Shown in pieces: positions 1 through 8,786 of a DNA stretch of 64,000 nucleotides. The notes below the pieces were generated by a model. That model did not search any database. It had not been told where the DNA came from and worked only from the letters and a program-made list of their open reading frames with translations. Position 1 is the first letter of the stretch. Each line of letters opens with the position of its first letter. Source of the stretch: an uncultured Actinomycetes bacterium (lineage in GTDB: Bacteria > Actinomycetota > Thermoleophilia > Gaiellales > Gaiellaceae); NCBI GenBank assembly GCA_963779965.1, contig CAWAAP010000016.1:2313-66312 (forward strand), given 5' to 3'. The position numbers and the translations under genes were made by a program.

Positions 1-89
1 GCTACGTGGTACGGCTAACACCACTCTTTCCTGCCCGGAGAGCACACGGTGCTACGAGCGCAAGACCGCCCGAGGTCTGGGGCTTTGCA

Positions 90-163
<74 letters not shown>

Positions 164-206
164 GGCTGCGGCCACACCGTACCGCGGAAACCGAACGGCA
201 TCCCGC

Positions 207-683
207 TTACGCGGGTCGCAGCGTCTTGCTTCCCGCCTCTTGTTCCGCTCTGAGTGCGGCCAGAGTCTCGGCGAGATCGGCGTCCCGCTCGCCTCGATCG
301 ATCTGATCAAGAACCTTCGTGACCGTCGCGGCAAGGCCGGCAGGATCGAAAGGCTTGGTCAGATATGCCTGAGCGCCCAGCTCGAACGCACGGATCCGGT
401 CGGGAACCGCGCTGCGCGCGGTAATGAAGATGATCGGTATTCGATCGGTGGAGTGGTCCGCGATCAGCGCGGCGGCGACTTCCCAACCCGAGACGCGCGG
501 CATCATGATGTCCAGCAAGATCACGTCCGGACGATCGGCTCCCACAACCATGAGCGCCTCGTCGCCGTCCGCCGCCTCCACGACCCGGAAACCGGCCGCT
601 TCGAGATTGACACGGCAGAGTGTCCGCATCGCGGCATGGTCGTCCACGACCAGCACGCTTCTTTGCGTTGGCGAGGAAGTCAT
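207..683 (-). CDS. single-domain CheY-like response regulator
   Basis: ORF 207..764 trimmed to the ATG at 683 (MTSSPTQRSVLVVDDH). Receiver motifs are present: VLVVDD, ILLDIMMP, IFITA, TKPF. No output domain, only a short charged C-terminal tail. Confidence 0.85.
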   Translation of the reverse strand: MTSSPTQRSVLVVDDHAAMRTLCRVNLEAAGFRVVEAADGDEALMVVGADRPDVILLDIMMPRVSGWEVAAALIADHSTDRIPIIFITARSAVPDRIRAFELGAQAYLTKPFDPAGLAATVTKVLDQIDRGERDADLAETLAALRAEQEAGSKTLRPA

Positions 684-755
684 CTGGCGCCGAAGCCTAC
701 AACGGTCCCGTCCCGGTGACCGCGACGCTCTTGTGCGGTTGTGCTCCGCGTGCCG

Positions 756-768
756 CAGTGTCACACTG
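756..768. promoter_or_regulatory. 13-bp palindrome CAGTGT-C-ACACTG in a divergent promoter region (candidate operator)
   Basis: Perfect 6+1+6 inverted repeat, read directly. It lies in the 182-bp gap between the regulator start (683, -) and the cyclase start (866, +). Confidence 0.3.
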
Positions 769-865
769 GCTGAATGCGCAGAATGCCGTACACCGGTTGC
801 GCTTCATCCGACATGCTCGGGCTCGGGATCAGGCCTGCGCCGCTCTCCTAGCTAGGCTCGACGCC

Positions 866-3800
866 ATGGTCCTCTGTCCGAACTGCGGCGAGGAGAACCC
901 GGAAAAGTTCCGTCTGTGTGGTTTCTGCGGGACGGCGCTCGCTCCGACGCTTCCCCCGCAGGAAGTCCGAAAGACCGTGACGATCGTCTTCTCCGATCTC
1001 AAGGGGTCGACCGCGATGGCGGAGAAGCTCGACTCGGAGGCGGTGCGCGAGGTGATGTCGCGCTACTTCGACGAGATGCGAGGCGCACTCGAGCTACACG
1101 GGGGAACGATCGAGAAATACATCGGGGATGCGATCATGGCCGTCTTCGGCCTCCCCCGCGTCCACGAGGACGACGCGCTCCGCGCAGTCCGAGCCGCCGT
1201 CGAGATGCGTGACCGTCTCGCCAAGCTCAACGAAGAGCTCGATCAGCGCTGGGGTGTCACGATCGGCAACCGCACAGGCGTCAACACCGGCGAGGTCGTC
1301 GCGGGCGACGTGACGACCGGGCAACGCCTCGTAACCGGCGACACGGTCAACACGGCCGCGCGCCTCGAACAAGCCGCGCCGACGTGCGAGGTGCTCATAG
1401 GCGAGGCGACGTACCGTCTGGTCCGGCACGCAGTCGAAGTCGAGCCCGTCGAGCCGCTCGAGCTAAAGGGGAAAGCAGAACGCGTACCGGCCTACAGGCT
1501 CGTCTCGGCAAGGGAGGCGGAAAGTGTCGAACGCAAACACGACAACCCACTTGTAGGACGCGCACGGGAACTGGCGGTCCTCACAGACCAGCTCGCGGCC
1601 GCGGCTCGTGATGACTCGTGTCGTCTCGTCACCATCATCGCCCAGGCCGGCGTTGGCAAGTCGCGCCTGATCGAAGAGTTCGTTAACGCTGCCCAGCCCA
1701 ACGCGCGTGTGCTGAAGGGACGCTGTCTGCCGTACGGACGCGGAATCACCTTCTGGCCGCTGGTGGAAATCGTTCGCGACGCGGCGGCGATCCGCGATGA
1801 CGACACACCCGACGAAGCGCGCGCGAAACTTCTTCAAGCCGCCGGCCCAGGCGGCGAAGACGCGGTAGCGCGGGTGGCCTCGGCCGTTGGGCTGGGAGAA
1901 ACCGACTACCCACTGGACGAGGTCTTCTGGGGAACGCGGAAGCTCCTCGAGCTTCAGGCCGCCCGACAACCGCTCGTCGTCGTATTCGAAGACATCCACT
2001 GGGCGGAGTCGGCGTTTCTCGACCTGATCAACCACCTCGTGACGACTGCCCACGCTCCGCTTTTCTTGCTCTGCGCAGCTCGTCCGGACCTTCTCGAGCA
2101 CCGACCGGAGTGGGCCGAGCGGACCGGACCGCTAATCGAGCTCGAGCCGCTCTCCGGGGAGGAAAGCGAGCTCATCGTCGCAAACCTTCTCGGCGACGCG
2201 CCGTTCCCCGTGGAAGTCCGCGACCGAATCATCACATCGGCCGAGGGGAACCCGTTGTTCGTCCAGCAGGTTCTCTCGATGATGATCGACGACGGGCTCT
2301 TACGACAGGAAGAGGGTCGCTGGGTGCCCACCGGCGACCTGGCGGAGCTCGCCATCCCGGGCACGATTCAGGCGCTCCTCGCCGCGCGGCTCGACCTGCT
2401 TACGCCCCAGGAACGGGCGGTGATCGAGCCCGCCTCCGTGATCGGTCTCGTTTTCGAGGAAGCAGCAGTCGACGAGCTCGTCCCTGACGTGGTCCGCCCG
2501 GAAGTCGAGAGCCACCTCGTCTCGATGACGGAAAAGCAGCTCGTTCGGCCCGAACTCGGCGAGAGCGACCTCGACTACCGCTTCCATCACATACTGATCC
2601 GCGACGCGGCTTACCAGGGAATCCTCAAGCGCGCGCGGGCGACGATGCATGAGCGCTTCGCGAATTGGGGGGAGCGTGTCAACCGCGAGCGCGATCGCCA
2701 GGCGCAGTTCGACGAGATCCTCGGCTATCACCTCGAACAGGCCTACCAATACCTGTCGGAGCTGGGACCACTCGATGAGCACGGCCAGGAACTCGGCCGT
2801 CGTGCGGCAACACGCCTGAGCGACGCCGGCCGACGAGCGTTCGCCCGGGGTGACATGTCCGCGGCCGCGAACTTGCTGCGCCGCGCCGCTGCGTTGCTTC
2901 CCGCCGAAGATCCGGCACGCCTGAAGCTACTGCCGGACCTCGGCGAAGCCATGATGGAAATCGGGGAGTTCGCGTGGGCGGAGATCTATCTCGATGAGGC
3001 GCTCTCGGGCGCGCGCGCCGCCGCAGACGACCTGCTGCACGCAGACGCACTCCTGACGCGGCTCCTCGTCCGCCACCATGCAACCGACGACCTGGATGCC
3101 TGGCGCGCAGAAGTAAAGCGTGAAACTGCGACCCTCATCCCAGTCCTCGAAGAGCGCGAAGCCTATAACGAGGCGGCGAAAACGTGGCGGATGGTTGCTT
3201 TCGTCCACGGGATTGTCTGCGAGTGGGAAGAGACCGCAACCGCGCAGAGGCGCGCGATCCACCATGCACGGCTGGCAGGCAACGCTCGCCAGGAGGCGCG
3301 AATGTCCGGGGCCTACTCGATCTCACTGTGGTCCGGCCCCACGCCGGTGCCCGAGGCAATCGCGGCCTGCGAGGAGATGCTCGCCCGCGGGCTCGCGAGT
3401 CGCCAGTCCGAGTCGCTCATCCTCTGCTCGCTCTCTCTGCTCGTGGCGATGAACGGAGAGTTCGACCGCGCGCGCGAACTGTACCGGCGTGGTCGCTCGA
3501 TCCTTGACGATCTCGGGGCGGTCGTCCTCGCAGCCTGGACATCGCTGACCTCCGGCCGCGTCGAGCTACTCGCCGGAGATCTCGAGGCGGCAGAGGCTGA
3601 ACTTCGACGTGATTACGAACAACTGGTCGAGCTGGGAGAGCTGTTCTACCGGCCGAGCGTTGCTGTCTTGCTGGCGCAGACCTTGTACGCGCAGGATCGA
3701 CTGGCGGAGGCGGAGGAGGTCGCGACCGCGGCGGCCGAGATCGCGGCGGCCGACGACATCGAACCACAGGCGGGCTGGCGTTCGGTAAAGGCGAAGATCC

Positions 3801-4069
3801 TCGCCCGGCAACGCGAAAATGCCGAAGCGATCCTGCTCGCACGTACGGCCGTCGAGCTACTTGGTCAAACCGACGACGTCCCGTCGCGGATCGAATCGCT
3901 CGTTGACCTCGCGGAGGTGCTGGCGATTGCCGGCGACGAGGACGACGCCCGGGCGGCGCTTCATGAAGCGCGCGAGCTTTGTCGCGTCAAGCAGCTCACC
4001 ATCCAGCTCGGACGTGTCGATGCGCTGCTTGACGCGCTTCCGCTCGGTTCAGTTCCGCAACAGGCTTAG
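866..4069 (+). CDS. zinc-ribbon / class III adenylate-guanylate cyclase / STAND (AAA_16-type) ATPase / TPR protein
   Basis: ORF 620..4069 trimmed to the ATG at 866 (MVLCPNCGEENPEKFRLCGFCG). Cyclase motifs: VTIVFSDLKGST, IGDAIMAVFG, GDTVNTAARLE. P-loop AGVGKSRL, Walker B-like VVVFEDIHWA, and a long helical repeat C-terminus. Confidence 0.9.
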   Translation: MVLCPNCGEENPEKFRLCGFCGTALAPTLPPQEVRKTVTIVFSDLKGSTAMAEKLDSEAVREVMSRYFDEMRGALELHGGTIEKYIGDAIMAVFGLPRVHEDDALRAVRAAVEMRDRLAKLNEELDQRWGVTIGNRTGVNTGEVVAGDVTTGQRLVTGDTVNTAARLEQAAPTCEVLIGEATYRLVRHAVEVEPVEPLELKGKAERVPAYRLVSAREAESVERKHDNPLVGRARELAVLTDQLAAAARDDSCRLVTIIAQAGVGKSRLIEEFVNAAQPNARVLKGRCLPYGRGITFWPLVEIVRDAAAIRDDDTPDEARAKLLQAAGPGGEDAVARVASAVGLGETDYPLDEVFWGTRKLLELQAARQPLVVVFEDIHWAESAFLDLINHLVTTAHAPLFLLCAARPDLLEHRPEWAERTGPLIELEPLSGEESELIVANLLGDAPFPVEVRDRIITSAEGNPLFVQQVLSMMIDDGLLRQEEGRWVPTGDLAELAIPGTIQALLAARLDLLTPQERAVIEPASVIGLVFEEAAVDELVPDVVRPEVESHLVSMTEKQLVRPELGESDLDYRFHHILIRDAAYQGILKRARATMHERFANWGERVNRERDRQAQFDEILGYHLEQAYQYLSELGPLDEHGQELGRRAATRLSDAGRRAFARGDMSAAANLLRRAAALLPAEDPARLKLLPDLGEAMMEIGEFAWAEIYLDEALSGARAAADDLLHADALLTRLLVRHHATDDLDAWRAEVKRETATLIPVLEEREAYNEAAKTWRMVAFVHGIVCEWEETATAQRRAIHHARLAGNARQEARMSGAYSISLWSGPTPVPEAIAACEEMLARGLASRQSESLILCSLSLLVAMNGEFDRARELYRRGRSILDDLGAVVLAAWTSLTSGRVELLAGDLEAAEAELRRDYEQLVELGELFYRPSVAVLLAQTLYAQDRLAEAEEVATAAAEIAAADDIEPQAGWRSVKAKILARQRENAEAILLARTAVELLGQTDDVPSRIESLVDLAEVLAIAGDEDDARAALHEARELCRVKQLTIQLGRVDALLDALPLGSVPQQA

Positions 4070-5115
4070 CCCGCGTACTTCGAGTCGAACAGCACCCCGA
4101 GGGCGTGGAGAACCCATCTTTTCCCACCCTTTGGCAGGTTCGAAGTGGCGAAGATGCACGAGTCGCCGCTGGGCGGCAGCCCTGACGCATTACACGCCGG
4201 CACCGGAGTCCAGCTCGCTGCGTTGGTCGGGTCCGTTCCGGTCAGCTCCCGAAGGACGAAGCTGTTGGGCACGTTGAACAGTGCGTCGAGAGTCACGGTG
4301 GCGAAGCCACCAGCGTTGGGGTCGACTGTCAGGAAATCCGTGAACCAAATGGGGACGAATCCCGTGGGGCGAGTTCCGACCGTGTCCTCCACTCCGGCGC
4401 CAGCCGGAGTACACGGCAGATCGAGCGACGGATCCACCGCGCCGATCGCGGCCGTCGTCACCTGCGTGGCGGTGGAGCCAGAGACCGTGGTAGTGGTGGT
4501 CGTGTTGACGCAGTTCCCCGCTGCGGTTGATCCAGCAATCGCGAACGAGTCCCGAGAAGTCTGCAGGTCGTTTTTCGTGCCATTCGGACGTGGCGTAGCG
4601 CTGTCATTTCCGCCCTCGCCGTATGAAGCGCTTCCAGCCACGGTCATCGCGGTCTGGGCGGTAAAACGAACCACCAGCTTCGCGGAACTCGCGCCGGGGA
4701 TCGTCCCGACGGGGCACGACACGGTGGCGACCGGGTTGGCAAGAGAAGTCGGTGAGCACGAAGCCGTCGAGACCGGCGAGCCGTTCACGAAGAGGGTGAC
4801 GCCCTTGACGGTGACGGGAGTCGCAACGGTGCCAACCAGGAAGGTCGCGCTGAGGACGACGTGGGTTGCGGTCGAGCCGCCTAGCCCGGATTGATTTGTG
4901 AAACGTGTGACCGAAACAGCGTCCTGTCCCGCAGTCACCACGTGGGGAGCGGTGAGCTGGGCGACACACGACGCATTTTTGGTCGGGGTCGAGGCGGTGA
5001 GACAGATATTGGGGCTCGCCGCCTTGCCGACTCCTGCAGTTCCGAGCACCGCAGCGACGGCAATCGTGCCCACAAGGGCAAAAAGACCAGAGATGAACAA
5101 GAGTTTTTTCCGCAT
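4066..5115 (-). CDS. secreted Thr/Ser/Ala-rich hypothetical protein
   Basis: ORF 4066..5223 trimmed to the ATG at 5115 (MRKKLLFISGLFALVGTIAVAAV, a signal peptide). An AGGAGAGG Shine-Dalgarno sits upstream. No recognisable catalytic motif. Confidence 0.7.
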   Translation of the reverse strand: MRKKLLFISGLFALVGTIAVAAVLGTAGVGKAASPNICLTASTPTKNASCVAQLTAPHVVTAGQDAVSVTRFTNQSGLGGSTATHVVLSATFLVGTVATPVTVKGVTLFVNGSPVSTASCSPTSLANPVATVSCPVGTIPGASSAKLVVRFTAQTAMTVAGSASYGEGGNDSATPRPNGTKNDLQTSRDSFAIAGSTAAGNCVNTTTTTTVSGSTATQVTTAAIGAVDPSLDLPCTPAGAGVEDTVGTRPTGFVPIWFTDFLTVDPNAGGFATVTLDALFNVPNSFVLRELTGTDPTNAASWTPVPACNASGLPPSGDSCIFATSNLPKGGKRWVLHALGVLFDSKYAG

Positions 5116-5131
5116 GACGCCAACCTCTCCT

Positions 5132-5175
5132 AGAGCCGCAGGACAAACTGTTGGGCTCCCAAGAGCCGCAGGACA
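5132..5175 (-). promoter_or_regulatory. two copies of a 14-bp direct repeat AGAGCCGCAGGACA, 30 bp apart, in the leader of the secreted-protein gene
   Basis: Exact 14-mers at 5132..5145 and 5162..5175, 17-60 bp upstream of the ATG at 5115. Confidence 0.3.
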
Positions 5176-5287
5176 TCCATGATTAACACCTTCCGCCTCG
5201 AGAGTCAACGTGGCCCGGTCCACATTGACCCAAAGGAGCTAACAGTCGACTTGGACGGCGGGGGCGGGAATCGTCAAAATAGGGACC

Positions 5288-5740
5288 GTGAAGGTCTACC
5301 AGCGCGAGACCGAGCTCCGGACCGCCGGCGGGCTGTCCGTCCGGGACATCACCGACGAGGTCAACGAGGCGGTCCGGGAGAGCGGCGTCGTCGAAGGCAT
5401 CGCCTGCATCTACTCCCCGCACACGACGTGTTGCGTTCGTGTTAACGAATTCGAGACCGGCTTCATCGAGGACTTCTCGGAGCTACTCCGCCGGCTCGTC
5501 CCGAGTGAGACCTACTACGCGCACGACGACTGGGACAAGCGCACCGAGAACATTTGCCCGGAGGACATGGATTTCGGCAACGGCCACTCCCACTGCATGG
5601 CGATGCTCCTCGGCTCGGCCGGCGAATCGGTGCCGGTGCGTGAGGGCGAGCTCTGCCTCGGCACCTGGCAACGGGTGCTCTTCATCGAGCTCGACCGCGA
5701 GCGCGACCGGCGCTGGCTCGTTCAGGTCGTCGGCAACTAG
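5288..5740 (+). CDS. YjbQ/UPF0047 family protein (secondary thiamine-phosphate synthase-like)
   Basis: 150-aa ORF with family-typical motifs: SPHTTCCVRVNEFE, NGHSHCMAMLLG, LGTWQRVLFIELD. Confidence 0.85.
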   Translation: MKVYQRETELRTAGGLSVRDITDEVNEAVRESGVVEGIACIYSPHTTCCVRVNEFETGFIEDFSELLRRLVPSETYYAHDDWDKRTENICPEDMDFGNGHSHCMAMLLGSAGESVPVREGELCLGTWQRVLFIELDRERDRRWLVQVVGN

Positions 5741-7227
5741 CGCGGTCCGAACCAGGTAGTCAGCGCCGCGCGCAATCCGGTGTCGGTGCCGTCGCCCACC
5801 CAGGCAACGTAACCATCGGGTCGGATCAGAACGGTGGCGGGGGCTGCTACCTGGCCCAGGGCCGGAAGTTCCCAGTCCCCGGCATATTCGGCGTCGATCA
5901 ACTGAACCCGATCTGCCCAGGGAGCGATGTCGAGGCCGCCGGGATCGTCGAGGTTGAGGAGCGCCGGCCGGGCATCGTGCAGCAGGGTGAAGACTCTCAG
6001 TTGGCCGTTGGCAGTGACAAGGTCGAGATCGGGCATGCGGCGTCCGAGCAGCGGATGTCCCTCGCCGAGGTCGTAATGAATGTCCAGGCCGGACTGCATC
6101 GCGGCGAATCGTTGGCGAGGCTCGTCCATGCTCAGCAGCTCGGACACGGTGTCGCGCGCCGCCTCGTTGCGATCGTCGACGCGCATGAGCGCGACCTGCG
6201 CCATCGTGTTGCGCAGCACGCGGGCAGCGACCGGGTGGCGCTCGGCATGGTAGGTGTCGAGGAGGGTTTCCGGCGATGCCCGGTTGACCACCTGGGCCAG
6301 CTTCCACCCAAGATTCACCGCATCCTGCACACCGGTCTGGAGCCCCTGTCCACCGACCGGGGAATGCACGTGCGCCGCGTCGCCGGCCAGCAGGATTCGT
6401 CTGTCCCGGTATGCCGCGGCCTGCCGAGTCATGTCGGTAAACCGGGTGATCCAGGTGGGACTGTGAATTCCGTAGTCAGTCCCGTAGACGGCGATGAGAC
6501 CCTCGCTGAGATCGCGCAGGGTGGGCTCGTGCGTGTTTCCGACCTGCGACTCGGTCAACATGACCCTCACCGTCCCGGCTTTGTTGTAGATCACCTCGCC
6601 GTCCTTGATCTCGTACTCCACCTTGCCGATGGCATGCATGCCCGTGGGAGTGCGACGAATGCCGGTTTCCGGCTCCTCGGTCATCTCGACCTCGGCGAGC
6701 AAGCTGCTGGTCGTAGGCTCCCACCCGGGGAACTCGATGCCGGCGGCCTTGCGGATCAGGCTGCGCCCTCCGTCGCAGCCGACGAGATAGTGCGCCCGCA
6801 GCGACTCGCCGTCGGACAGCTGGACGTCGACGCCGGTTTCGTCCTGCGCGAACCCCGTCACCTCGCGTCCGCGGTAGATCGTCACCGGCAGCTCGCCGAC
6901 CCAGCCGGCCAGGATGCGCTCGATGTGGTTTTGCCACAGCCCGAGCCCATAGGGGTGGCGGGTGGGAAAGTCGCTGATGTCAAATTGGGTGCCGGCGAAT
7001 CCCGCGACTTGCACAACCTGCCCCTCCGACAGGAACCGATCGGCGATTCCCCGCTGATCGAAGACCTCGATCGTGCGTGAGTGCAGACCGCCTGTGCGCG
7101 AGCCAGGGAGGTCCTGGCTGGCGCGCCGTTCGACAATGGCAACGTCGACCCCCGCCAACGCCAACTCGCCGGCCAACATCAGTCCCGTCGGACCTCCGCC
7201 GGCTACCACCACCGCATGGTCGGCCAT
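5737..7227 (-). CDS. FAD-dependent aromatic-ring monooxygenase (PheA/TfdB class, Rox/PgaE-like)
   Basis: 496-aa ORF. Motifs: GGGPTGLMLAGELALAG (dinucleotide fold), CDGGRSLIR, LLAGDAAHVHSPVGGQG. The C-terminal LIRPDGYVAWVG thioredoxin-like tail is typical of this class. Confidence 0.9.
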   Translation of the reverse strand: MADHAVVVAGGGPTGLMLAGELALAGVDVAIVERRASQDLPGSRTGGLHSRTIEVFDQRGIADRFLSEGQVVQVAGFAGTQFDISDFPTRHPYGLGLWQNHIERILAGWVGELPVTIYRGREVTGFAQDETGVDVQLSDGESLRAHYLVGCDGGRSLIRKAAGIEFPGWEPTTSSLLAEVEMTEEPETGIRRTPTGMHAIGKVEYEIKDGEVIYNKAGTVRVMLTESQVGNTHEPTLRDLSEGLIAVYGTDYGIHSPTWITRFTDMTRQAAAYRDRRILLAGDAAHVHSPVGGQGLQTGVQDAVNLGWKLAQVVNRASPETLLDTYHAERHPVAARVLRNTMAQVALMRVDDRNEAARDTVSELLSMDEPRQRFAAMQSGLDIHYDLGEGHPLLGRRMPDLDLVTANGQLRVFTLLHDARPALLNLDDPGGLDIAPWADRVQLIDAEYAGDWELPALGQVAAPATVLIRPDGYVAWVGDGTDTGLRAALTTWFGPR

Positions 7228-7352
7228 GCGCCACCCCCATCCCCGTAGCTTCTGGTTTCGGCCAGAGATTCTGCAGCACGACCCGGGTCTTGCCGCAAGC
7301 GGCAGCTGCGCTCTACACTGAGAGTGGCGAGGCGCGTGTACTCGTCTTTCCC

Positions 7353-8772
7353 TTGTCCGCTGCGGACGCCGTAGACGCTGTCGTCGTCGGGGCAGGGCCG
7401 AACGGCCTTGCTGCTGCGATCACGCTCGCACAAGCCGGGCGATCTGTTCGCGTCATCGAGGCCCACGAGACCATCGGGGGCGGGACACGCACCGCGGAGC
7501 TCACGCTTCCCGGATTTCGGCACGACGTTTGCTCCGCGATCCATCCGGCTCTCGCGGCCTCTCCTTTCTTCCGTTCGCTGGAGCTCGACCTCGATCTGAT
7601 CGAGCCGCCCGCAGCGGTCGCTCATCCGCTGGACGACGGTACGGCCGTGCTCGTGCGGCGTTCAGTCGACGAAACCGCAGCACAACTTGGCCGCGATGCA
7701 GCCGCGTACCGGGATCTCGTCGAACCGCTCGTCTCCCGCTGGAAAAACCTGGAGCACGAGCTGTTCGGGCCTATCGTTCACATGCCGCGTCATCCTCTAT
7801 CGCTTGCGCGTTTTGCCCGGGCCGGGCTCCGCTCCGCAAAGAGCATCGCCGACACGCGGTTTGAAACTGAGCGCGGGACGGGCCTTCTTTGCCGGTGCCG
7901 CCGCGCATTCGTTCCTGCCACTCGAGCAACGGGCAAGCGCCTCGTTCGGGCTGGTGCTGCTTCTTCTCGCGCATGTCTCGGGCTGGCCTTTCCCTCGAGG
8001 CGGCTCGCAGGCGATTGCGGATGCACTTGCCGCCCGGCTCAGATCCCTCGGAGGAGAGATCGAGACGGACAACCAGGTCGCGTCGCTGAGTGAGCTGCCG
8101 AGCAGCAAGCTCGTGCTGTGCGATGTGACCCCGAGACAGCTCCTTGCGCTCGCGGACAACGAATTGCCGAACCGGTACCGCCGACGGCTCGAGCGCTGGC
8201 AGTACGGACCGGGCGCATTCAAGCTCGACTATGCGCTGGACGGACCGATCCCCTGGCAGACACCCGAGGTCGCACAGGCCGGCACCGTCCACATTGGAGC
8301 TTCACTGGCGGAGATCGCGGACTCCGAGCGTGCGGCCTGGGAAGGAAGGCACCCCGAGCGGCCTTTCGTCCTGCTCGCGCAGCAGAGTCTTTTCGACGCA
8401 ACGCGCGCTCCGGCGGGCAAACACACCGCGTGGGCCTACTGCCACGTCCCGAACGGATCTACGTTTGACATGCGCGAACGTGTCGAAGCTCAGATCGAAC
8501 GCTTTGCGCCCGGCTTCCGCGAGCGTGTCCTCGCATGCGCGACACGCACCACCGCAGACCTCGAGCACGACAACCCCAACCTCGTCGGGGGCGACATCTC
8601 CGGGGGTGCGAACACACTCCGGCAACTCCTTGGCCGACCGGACCTCCGTCGGAGCCCCTACTCCACTCCGGTGCCCTGGCTCTACCTCTGCTCGGCGTCC
8701 ACTCCCCCGGGTGCAGGCGTCCACGGGATGTGCGGCCACCTGGCTGCCCGCGCGGCACTCCGAGCCGGTTGA
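7353..8772 (+). pseudogene. phytoene-desaturase-family (CrtI-like) NAD(P)/FAD oxidoreductase, split by one frame disruption near 7878
   Basis: The N-terminal part ([21 protein letters not shown]...RFETERG) is in the frame of ORF 7077..8093. The C-terminal part (RAFFAGAAAHSFLPLE...GAGVHGMCGH) is in the frame of ORF 7687..8772. One extra base joins them. Only a TTG at 7353 is a plausible start. Confidence 0.75.
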
Positions 8773-8786
8773 CGACCTAGACTCAG

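Noticed and set aside
1-89. Non-coding-looking sequence at the window start, next to the tRNA. I considered it as the 3' part of an SRP, RNase P or other structured RNA, or as a terminator (AGACC-GCCCGA-GGTCT).
   Set aside because: I found no match to conserved SRP (GGAAGCAGCC-type) or RNase P motifs. The hairpin is only 5 bp with no U-tract. The element is truncated by the window edge, so nothing can be supported.
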